Source: Bugula neritina
Lineage: Eukaryota > Animalia > Bryozoa
Reading direction: 5' to 3'
Length of the DNA: 64,000 bases
NCBI GenBank assembly: GCA_964035545.1
Contig: OZ037767.1
Location: 13,067,801 to 13,131,800, forward strand
In this document: one piece after another, positions 45,016-55,800 of the stretch
Position numbering within the stretch: position 1 is the first letter of the stretch
Layout of the letters: each line of letters opens with the position of its first letter
Notes under the pieces: generated by a model
Told to the model about the DNA's origin: nothing
What the model saw: the letters and a program-made list of their open reading frames with translations, nothing else
The model's database searches: none
Position numbers and translations under genes: made by a program

Positions 45016-46568
45016 TCTTTGGTTTTTAACTAAAATAATGAATTACACTATAACTGTTGCCAATCTCCATAATTTTGTACTGTAGCGGTGCATAGTATGA
45101 TATACTCCACAACATGCCAGTCTATGACATATACACCAGATGCCATCAGTGCGAGTATTTTGGAATTCAACATGCTGCAGTAACTTGTAAGTAATTTCAA
45201 ACTTTTCATCATGTATAATGTGCTCTATGTGCCAGACTTGGACTTAAACCTGTTCTCTGTTAGATCAGAGACAGATAGCACTTTTACCATTCACTTTGGT
45301 CACAGGCCATTGCATGTTAAAGAAATAAACCAGGTCAACTATTAGTAAAAAGCTGTATAATCATGTTACTGTATCCAGTGACCATTGTGCTTCTTCGCCT
45401 ATATAATGATACTTAACACCAATGTCTATGTTATGCTTGTGCTTAAACAAAGGATTGTGGGTCTATTAGATGCAGCTGATCTAATGTGCATGTTAATATC
45501 TATGAGTCATGTCACAACGCCCAAATAACTTGGAAACCAATCAGGCTAAACATTAAATGTTTATCAAACATGTATCAGACCTCTAGAACTAGTATTGAGG
45601 TAATGCAAGTTTAATATGTAATTGAATTAGTTCACCCTGTTGAAACAAATGTGTGTAATGAAACCATGTTGTTTTGGTCACCATGTTGTAGGTACTTCTT
45701 GTTTTAAGCAGATATCCTACTCAAGATTCTACCTGCTATAGGTACCTTTTTGTAATATGTATAGGGTGTAAAAGTCAAACTAGCTCTGGTCTATTTTGAG
45801 AGTGTTAGAAGAAATAACTACTAAAGTTTTGTCTATTGATGAATCAGAGTTTTCTCAGCTAGCTTTTCATATATTTATACCTCAAATTGTATAGCGTTTT
45901 CTAGCTTTCATATTATTCATTATTTTTTAGCTCACTTCTTTTGCTGCTTTTCTAACAAATAGTAGCGTGCTTGTGAAAGTTCGTTTCTCTGTAATTGTTC
46001 TGACAAAATAAATCTCCGACAAACAACATGCTTAAGGTATAGAATTTTTATTCGACAAAACAGTTTATAAAAGTGAGCTTTGAAGATTATTGTGTAAATA
46101 TGGTGCATACTTCAAAATTATTAAACATACTACAGTGATTAGCTTATAATTCTTTGTAAATCACTAAAAAATTAAAGCAATTAGTAAAATCATTTGTAAT
46201 ATATAATGGGATTCTCCCTGACCATAAAACATTGTTTAATTAACTTACAATATAAAACTTTTAAATACGATACTATACACAAAATATAGTTTTATGGGTC
46301 TTACCAAAAATTTATACAAAAAGTGAAAAATTGATTAATGCAACTTTATAAAAAATATTAATTTTTTCCAAATAATTTTTTTTATAAATACTGTTAGTTC
46401 ATAGCATACTTTAAAACTCAAAATTGTGAGATGTTTGAAGGATACAGGGATATATGATGCAACAGCAAACTTGAGTATAGCCTTAGAATAATCATATTGA
46501 AGCATGGTTAGTGTGAACAAACACACTACTTTATAGTTGACCAATACTAAATCTCTCTTGAGGCTATG

Positions 46569-47014
46569 TTAGGCTAAAAAGTCATTTCTCCAAACTTTGT
46601 GGCTGGGTTCTGGCTGATACCTACAGTAATGTATAAATTGAATACATCTAATGCTGATGACAAGGTTTATAGTATGGATCTATGTGGGTTACTGTATTGT
46701 CAAAAACCATAGATGTTTTGTAAACATCTATATAAAAAGTATATTGTTTCTGCTTTTAGCACTGATATTCTTGAGTTTGCAAATGTGGTTGTATAACTTT
46801 TACACACTCACTTCTTGTTAACACCACCTGGCCACATGGGGTTCCTTTTTCTGTAAGGGAAGCAGTTTTTTAAACTGGAGCCATCTGATCCTGCAAAGCT
46901 TTCTGGGAATCTGGCTATTCCAGTGTTATAGCTACTTGCTTTAAATTTTAACGCAGGGTGTAGATTAAGCATGGAGCTTTGTCTGTGAACACTTGGTTTG
47001 TTTGTCTTTCGTAT
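46569..47014 (-). other. Duplicate cytoplasmic-tail cassette: exon 8B (47014-46812) + exon 9B (46620-46569); alternative last exons of M3 or remnant of a fourth paralogue
   Basis: Both exons are open, have the same lengths (203 and 52 nt) and intact splice sites. They encode IRKTNKPSVHRQSSMLNLHPALKFKASSYNTGIARFPESFAGSDGSSLKNCFPYRKRNPMWPGGVNKK/YQPEPSHKVWRNDFLA*. There is no TM exon of their own. Confidence 0.75.
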
Positions 47015-47357
47015 CTACAAGTGAATGCTCCGTTATACCAAACCATACATTTCATACCATAACTCTAAAACTTAAATACAATTTGCTTAGTAATAACTAT
47101 TTATGGCTTTAGCAGTGAAGCTCATTCCAATTATGTATCTTTATCTATCTAACAAGAGATTTTTATCAGCTCTGCTTGCGTGATTCATACAAGGGCTGTC
47201 TAAACGAGAATAAAGATTTCTCAAAAAGGTAAACACTGAAGCAAATTGGAAAAATATATTAAAATTTTAACAGAATAAAATATTCATTCATATTGTATGT
47301 ACTGCATGCTATCACTTTTGGTTATATAGTAGATAGCATAGAGCATAATAGACTTAT

Positions 47358-47443
47358 CCTTACACATAATACTTACTATTACAGTTAGTAAGTTACTTAC
47401 ACATAATACTTACTATTACAGTTAGTAAGTTACTTACACATAC
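47358..47443 (-). repeat. Orphan copy (~2.3 units) of the 37-nt splice-signal minisatellite, abutting a degenerate (TG)n at 47447-47498
   Basis: ACTTACACATAATACTTACTATTACAGTTAGTAAGTT units. Confidence 0.9.
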
Positions 47444-49359
47444 TATTGTGTGTGTGAGTGTGCGTGAGTGTGTGCGTGCATGCGTGTGTATGTGTGTGTA
47501 AAGGTAAAAAAGTTAAAGTTTGGCCACATGGAGCAAACTTCTACACTAGTGAAAATATTGCAAAATTTGTTGGTTTTGCATAAAGTTAATGTAGTGAAAA
47601 TGCAAAACAATATGCTGCAGCAAGTGCTCAATGTGGTGAACTGCATGATTGCCTAATATTTGTTGAATAATTAGCCCTGTTTCAAATTTCAATTCTACAT
47701 TTTTAATTCATTTAAATTATCAACAACATAGCAAGTATAATTTTAAAGTAGGTAGCAGAATTTTCATCAAGGGCAGTAAAGCTATAGGTAAATGTAATCA
47801 GTTACTTGATTTTCACTTCTGTTGGCAACTTATTGCAGGTGGGAGGTAACCTGTCAACTGTTCCAACTTTTAAATTTCTATCGCTTTAGGTTTGTTATTT
47901 TACAGCAACACAGTCAATGGTATGTTTATTTACACGGCGGTATACAATGCATGTATACTAATCAAACTACACAAAACAAGTGCTGTAGGTTGTAAATTAC
48001 AAACAAAAATCTAGCCTGCTATTGTTCACTGATTGATGACATATATTACTTTGGTGCTTGCTGCATAACCTTTTTATCACCAGCTTGCCGCCTTGGTATT
48101 GCTATAAATAGTTAATTTAATGAATGAACAGAGAGATTGCCTATATTGCGTTCATAACCAGCTGGGTGGTGTTGGATTCATAGCATGAGAAGACAACTGC
48201 GTAGCTAAGTAGATATTTTTATTAGAATAATAAATCATTCCATTATAGTTGTTGTCAATCTCTGTATACTGCAGTAACTGTTTTACTCTAAGTGCAAACA
48301 ACTGTTCCCACAGTTTGGAACTCCTAAAAATAAGCCACAAAACATCCTGTAATTTGTTTATATTATAAATAAAGACTAAGCAACAGAGCTACCAGCATTT
48401 CCTGTTTGTATTCTTCCTCCTAGGCACAAAGATTTTCTAAAAAGAGCGCTGACATAACTTATACATCATTACAATGTTCATAAAAGTGAAATGACTCAGC
48501 CGTCCTTAAACAAGTTGACATAACTTATACAGCAGAAGTTTTACAAGTTGCAGTCATCCTTCCATATACAATCTACCAAACATAGATCACAAGAAATGAG
48601 CCTATTCGCATTTGATTTTATGACCAAAAGTGTTATTTTACTAAAGAATTTAATATGCTCATTGAAATAAGTAGACTTCTTGTGTGGTCTAGAAGAGATA
48701 TAGCTACATGCACATCCTGTGTATATTTTAAATCAAATACTGTTTAAACTGACAGCCAAGCCCAACATCAAACCCTAAAACCCTTTCTTTTCTTTTCCTG
48801 AAAGCTTTGATATTCTATCAATTGGTGAAAAATTCTCAATTCCTCCCAAATAATAATTTAGATTTAGATATAATTTTCATGCTTATAAATGTTATAAATT
48901 TTATAAAACACTAAAAGTGAGCTTTTCAGCTTGTTTTATAAACATAGTGTATATATTACTTAAAACTAGCAAACATGCTATAGTAATTAGCTTTTATTTC
49001 TGTGTACATTGCTATAAAAAATTAACGCAGTTAGTAAAATCATTTGCAATAAATACTGTTATTTTCAAGATTCATAAATCATTGACTAATTAATTTACTA
49101 TATAATATTTATAAAAACTACATTATACACAAAATGTAGTTTTGTGAGAGCATTCAAAAATAGATTAAAATATATATAGCCAGAGTACATAATTACAAAT
49201 TAATTAGTATAGTTTTTAAAAAAAAATATTAGTTTTATACAAAAAGCTATGGTATGTTTAAAGAGTACAAAAAACTGATGTAACATAAAATTGAGTGCTG
49301 CATTAGAATAGTCATGTTAAATCATGGTTGACCAATACTAAATCTCTCTTGAGGATGCA

Positions 49360-49810
49360 TTAGGCTAAGAAGTCATTTCTCCAAACTTTGTGGCTGGGTT
49401 CTGGCAGATACCTACAGTAATATATAAATTGAGTACACCTAATGCTGATGACAAGGTTTTTATTTTATATCTATGTGAGTTACTGTATTGTCAAAAACTA
49501 GTTTTTTCGTAAACAAATATTAAAAGTAAAGTATTTCTGCTCTAACCAGTATTATTCTGAAGTAAACAATGCATTTGTCTGTTAACAGTTGTAACTTATT
49601 CACTCACTTTCTGTTAGCTCCACCCGGCCACACCGGACTCCTTATTCTGTAAGGAAAGCTGTCTTCTGAACTGGAACCATCTGATTCTGCAAAGCTTTCT
49701 GGGAATCTGGCCATTCCAATGTTGTAGTTACTTGCTTTAAATCTTAATGCAGGATGTTGATTAAGCATGGAACTTTGTCTGTAAACACTTGGTTTGTTTG
49801 TCTTTCGTAT
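49360..49810 (-). CDS. M3 cytoplasmic-tail exons 8A (49810-49608) and 9A (49411-49360)
   Basis: IRKTNKPSVYRQSSMLNQHPALRFKASNYNIGMARFPESFAESDGSSSEDSFPYRIRSPVWPGGANRK/YLPEPSHKVWRNDFLA*. Confidence 0.82.
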
Positions 49811-52800
49811 CTACAAGTGGAGGCTCAGTTACACTAAAGTCTAAACCATACATTCCATACCATAATTTTAAAACTATTAAAGCTCTTAGCTAGTTCAACA
49901 GTTTGACTATAGAGCTTTAGCAGTAAAACTTACACCAAGTTACATATTTATCTACAAGTAACATGTTGGCTACACTAAACCGCTCATCTGATATGATAAT
50001 TTTAAAACTTCAAGATATTCTTGTAAAAAGGAGTAAAACTCATACCAATTATCTTTATAAATCTAACGAAAAACTCTTAGACACATTCTGGTTGCTGGAG
50101 TTAAGGGCTATCTGAGAATCAAGAGTTCTCAAAAAACTATACAATAAAGCAGATTGAAACCATATATTTAGAGTGGAAAAGAATAAAATATTTATTTATG
50201 ATGTAGGTATGTACTTTTTAAAAATAAATAATCGAAAAAGTTTTTTTGTGAACTTATATCTAGGATCTTCAGCACAGTTAATTCAATGAAATTTCATTCA
50301 ATCAATTCTAAACTTCTTAATACAGGTTACTTATACGTGCTACTTACTATTACAGTTAGTAAGTCACTTACACATAATACTTACTATTACAGTTAGTAAG
50401 TTACTTACACATACTACTTACTATTACAGTTAGTAAGTTACTTACACATACTACTTACTATTACAGTTAGTAAGTCACTTACACATAATACTTACTATTA
50501 CAGTTAGTAAGTTACTTACACATACTACTTACTATTACAGTTGGTAAGTTAATTACACATATACTTACTATTACAGTTAGTAAGCTACTTACACATACTG
50601 CCAGCAACACCCCCATGACTCCTAAGAATATCATTCCTGCTACAGTTCCAGATATCACAGGTGCCAGCCAAACATATACTTTAGTTGGTTCTTCTAAAAA
50701 AGTTTTGATGAAGTACTACTAATGTGAGCTATTACCACGCTAGAGGTGTAAAACCTTTACAACTTCTAATCTGATATGGCGTAATGTAGTTTTCATAACA
50801 ATTAATGATTTAGATGGACATTAGATCTGTGAGTGTTTTAACATACATGACTGGTATACCACAAACTTTAAATGAAAGATTCGTCACCTCTATGCTACAA
50901 ACTAAAAAATAACTTCAGTATTGATCTAGTTGACCTTTTAAGGTAGTTTCTATACGTACTAGATTCAAGGCACATCATTTCATATTTTAGCTTCTTGTAT
51001 ATTTTTTTTCAAAAAGCTTATTGTTAATTAGTAATCAAAAAAGTTATTGCCATACACCCACTTTTATATTAAATGCAGTCTTATATTAAAGCTTTTTTCT
51101 ACATGTGCAGTTTTCACAAACACTTAAAATTATATTTTTATAATATGACTAAATTACATAAAAACAACTTTTTTATTTACATAAGAGATACACAAGAAAA
51201 ATATGAATTAGTCAACAATTACCTTCTGGTATGACAATAACAGGTCCTCCTGAAGCTGTTGTAGATGTTTCTGCTCCAACTTGGATAGGAACTGAAGCTG
51301 TCTGGGTAACTGCTGTTGACACAATGTTCTCTAAGCTTTCTACATTGAGCTCTTCTTCACCAGCTAGTGGATCCATAGCAACGTCAAATTCTGTGACCAC
51401 ATCAGCATTTGGATTGATTGCACGTTTCTTTCGACTTTGTGCTTTGCATCTAAAGCAGTTATGATTATTAAAAATTAGGATTTAGTTATCTGAAATTATG
51501 AATTTTCTTGGAAAACTTGACTGAAGTGATAATGATTGTTTCAATGGTAATTACTTTTATGAAATTGAAGTTTATAAACACTCACGTAAATGATATTCTG
51601 GTAACTCCCATAAACTGACTATTAGAGGAGAAACTTTCGTAAATCTAAAAGGAAAATTACAGAAATTAAAACAATACAAATCATATCTAAAAAGATTCCA
51701 TCTATAATGTAGAAGTTAATAGGAATGTAAACTGCAATTTTCCATAAAACCTGATTTACTTTCTTTCAAATATCTTTTTTATGATGATGCACTGTAAGCC
51801 AATAAAGAAGTAGAGAAGTGCTACTTTTAATTAGATAAAAGTAGCAGTTTTGATTAAAAAGTAATTAAGTTCAAAACTAATAAAGTTCATATGCCTTCCA
51901 GTATTTTCATGCTAATTGCGTGAAAAAACTTCTTCTCACTTGAATAATCACAGCCAGTCTCATCTCAGCATATGCTACTGTTGTTGGATCTTCAATGTCA
52001 GTGTTGCAGCCACTTGGAAATGTGTAGATAATTTGTGTGCTGAACTGAACTGTGTTCACTGCGACAGCTGTATCCTTCTCTGAAGTAAACAGAGCTTTAT
52101 GTAAAAACCAATGATTGCATTGAAGTAAACTATAGCACTGAATCATTTTAATTTCATTAAAGTCATATTATAAGGTTAAGTCACTTGTAGCATTTAGTTG
52201 GTGGCTCTGCTAAAATGTTAGCCCTCTGCCATTTTAGAATAAACCTACCAACACAATTGTTAGTTGATGGATCTCTAATGTAGTTGCTGTCACATTCACA
52301 TACTTCAAGGAGGTTACATACTTCATTTTCCAAACAACTGTCACATGGTTTAGTGAATGGGGTCCCTAAATTCAAATATAACAATAATAATAGATGGTAA
52401 AATTCAATTAATCCATATTGTTGAATGTTGACTCTATTTGAGTATCTATTTTAGCATACATCAATTTTATGACAATTGAAGGTTGCATCATCTTTGAAAA
52501 GCAACAATGGCCTGAGTTTTGTCGTAAAAATAGCCAAAAGATATCAAAACGATTTTTCATGTAACTATAAGCTGACTTTTGTGTTTTATATTGTCTATCT
52601 AGGAAGCAAGAAATTAAATTGATGCAAAGGTGATGGCATTTCCAACTGTTCAACTTTAGGCAAAAACGCTCGTTGTCTTAAAAGCCTATGGCTACAAATA
52701 GCAAGAACTTAAAAAGCGGAACTAGACTTAATAAAACCTTAAGCTGCAATAAGAAGGCACTGAAGTTTTTCTTGCACTCATAAAAAGTGTTGTTACTCTA

Positions 52801-55800
52801 GATATAACCAAATCACTCAATCTTTTTATTAAGAAGTGGCCTCCTCAATAGGAATACATTGTTTTCCTTATGTTCTGCAGCAACTTAAGGAAATTGTCAG
52901 CAGCTGGACTTCACATAAGCAAAAGCTAACACAGCAGCGGTGTCACTTTATGCTATTTTGGCTCACATGGATGTGTTGTAATGAATGTTGAGAAAATTAT
53001 TTGTAGGTTTGAAAATTCAAAGTAAGCAACTTTTAATAATGCAAGTTCTGGGCTCTATAACTTGTATTGCAGAGTGAGTGCTAATACTAATATTTCTGGC
53101 GGTAAAGGCTCAAGTAAAACATGAGTGGTAGGAAAAGGACATAGCAAAAAAGTAAAAACTTTCTAAACTGATATATAATTGACAAAGAATTGGAGCTACG
53201 AAATAAGTGTCAGTGTTTTAGTTCTTAACAAGTTGAAGATAAGACAAAGCTGGAATAGTATTGAATCAGCATGCAACCAGGAGTCAGCTATATACTTGTA
53301 ATAGTAATCACAAGCAGATGTAGCATAGACAAAATAATACCTTGATATGGTAGGGCTGCAGTTGTTGTTGCTGCAGTTGTTGGTGCTGCAGTAGTGGTTG
53401 GTGTTGTCGTGATTGTGGGTGTGGTAGTCGTGGTTGGTGTTGTAGTGGTAGTGGGTGTTGTTGTGGTTGTGGGTGTTGTTGTGGTTGTGGGTGTTGTAGT
53501 AGTGGTGGGTGTTGTAGTAGTGGTGGGTGTTGTAGTAGTGGTGGGTGTTGTAGTAGTGGTTGGTGTTGTAGTAGTGGTTAAAGTCGTAGTAGTCGTGGGT
53601 GTTGTCGTGGTTGCGGGTGTTGTAGTAGTGGTGGGTGTTGTAGTAGTGGTTGGTGTTGTCGTGGTAGTGGGTGTTGTTGTGGTTGTGGGTGTTGTTGTGG
53701 TTGTGGGTGTTGTAGTAGTGGTGGGTGTTGTAGTAGTGGTGGGTGTTGTAGTAGTTGTGGGTCTTGTAGTAGTGGTTGGAGTTGTAGTAGTGGTTGGTGT
53801 TGTCGTGGTAGTGGGTGTTGTTGTGGTTGTGGGTGTGGTAGTAGTGGTTGGTGTTGTAGTGGTAGTGGGTGTTGTTGTGGTTGTGGGTGTTGTTGTGGTT
53901 GTGGGTGTTGTAGTAGTGGTGGGTGTTGTAGTAGTGGTGGGTGTTGTAGTAGTGGTGGGTGTTGTAGTAGTGGTTGGTGTTGTGGTTGTAGTGGGTGTTG
54001 TTGTGGTTGGTGTTGTAGTAGTGGTGGGTGTTGTAGTAGTGGTTGGTGTTGTGGTTGTAGTGGGTGTTGTGGTGGTTGTGGGTGTTGTAGTAGTGGTGGG
54101 TGTTGTAGTAGTGGTGGGTGTTGTAGTAGTGGTTGGTGTTGTGGTTGTAGTGGGTGTTGTTGTGGTTGGTGTTGTAGTAGTGGTGGGTGTTGTAGTAGTG
54201 GTTGGTGTTGTGGTTGTAGTGGGTGTTGTGGTGGTTGTGGGTGTTGTAGTAGTGGTGGGTGTTGTAGTAGTGGTGGGTGTTGTAGTAGTGGTAGGTGTTG
54301 GCGTGGTTGTGGGTGTGGTAGTAGTGGTTGGTGTTGTAGTGGTAGTGGGTGTTGTTGTGGTGGTTGGTGTTGTAGTGATTGTAGGTGTTGTAGTAGTTGT
54401 GGGTATTGTAGTAGTGGTTGGTGTTGTGGTTGTAGTGGGTGTTGTGGTGGTTGTGGACATTGTAGTAGAGGTGGGTGTTGTAGTGGTTAGTGTTGTAGTA
54501 GTGGTGGGGGTTGTCGTGGTAGTGGGTGTGGGAGTAGTGGTGGGTGTTGTAGTAGTAGTGGTGGTTGTGGTGGGTGTTGTTGATGGAGCTACAGTTGTTG
54601 GTGCTGCAGTTGGTGGTGCTACAGTTTGAGGTGCTGTAGTTGAAGATGCCACAGTTTGAGGAGCTACAGTTGTTGGTGCTACAGTCGGAGGTGCTACAGT
54701 TTGAGGAGCTGCAGTTGTTGATGCTGCAGTAGTGGTTGGTGTTGTAGTCGTGGTTGGTGTTGTAGTCGTGCTGGGTGTTGTCGTGATTGTGGGTGTGGTA
54801 GTAGTGGTTGGTGTTGTAGTGGTAGTGGGTGTTGTTGTGGTTGTGGGTGTTGTTGTGGTTGTGGGTGTGGTAGTAGTGGTTGTGGGTGTTGTAGTAGTGG
54901 TGGGTGTTGTGGTGGTTGTGGGCGTTGTAGTCGTGGTTGGTGTTGTAGTAGTGGTTAAAGTCGTAGTAGTCGTGGGTGTTGTCGTGGTTGTGGGTGTTGT
55001 AGTAGTGGTGGGTGTTGTAGTAGTTGTGGGTCTTGTAGTAGTGGTTGGAGTTGTAGTAGTGGTTGGTGTTGTCGTGGTAGTGGGTGTTGTTGTGGTTGTG
55101 GGTGTGGTAGTAGTGGTTGGTGTTGTGGTTGTAGTGGGTGTTGTGGTGGTTGTGGGCGTTGTTGTGGTTGTGGGTGTTGTAGTAGTGGTGGGTGTTGTAG
55201 TAGTGGTGGGTGTTGTAGTAGTGGTGGGTGTTGTAGTAGTGGGTGTTGTCGTGGTCGTGGGTGTTGTGGTTGTAGTGGGTGTTGTGGTGGTTGTGGGTGT
55301 TGTAGTAGTGGTGGGTGTTGTAGTAGTGGTGGGTGTTGTAGTAGTGGTAGGTGTTGGCGTGGTTGTGGGTGTGGTAGTAGTGGTGGGTGTTGTAGTAGTG
55401 GTTGGTGTTGTGGTTGTAGTGGGTGTTGTGGTGGTTGTGGGTGTTGTGGTGGTTGTGGGCGTTGTAGTAGTGGTGGGTGTTGTAGTAGTGGTGGGTATTG
55501 TAGTAGTGGTAAGTGTTGTGGTTGTAGTGGGTGTTGTGGTGGTTGTGGACATTGTAGTAGAGGTGGGTGTTGTAGTGGTTAGTGTTGTAGTAGTGGTGGG
55601 CGTTGTCGTAGTAGTGGTGAGTGTTGTCGTGGTTGTGGGTGTGGGAGTAGTGGTGGGTGTTGTAGTAGTAGTGGTGGTTGTGGTGGGTGTTGTTGATGGA
55701 ACTACAGTTGTTGGTGCTGCAGTTGGTGGTGCTACAGTTTGAGGAGCTACAGTTTGAGGAGCTACAGTTTGAGGAGTTACAGGCGGAGGTGCTGTAGTTG

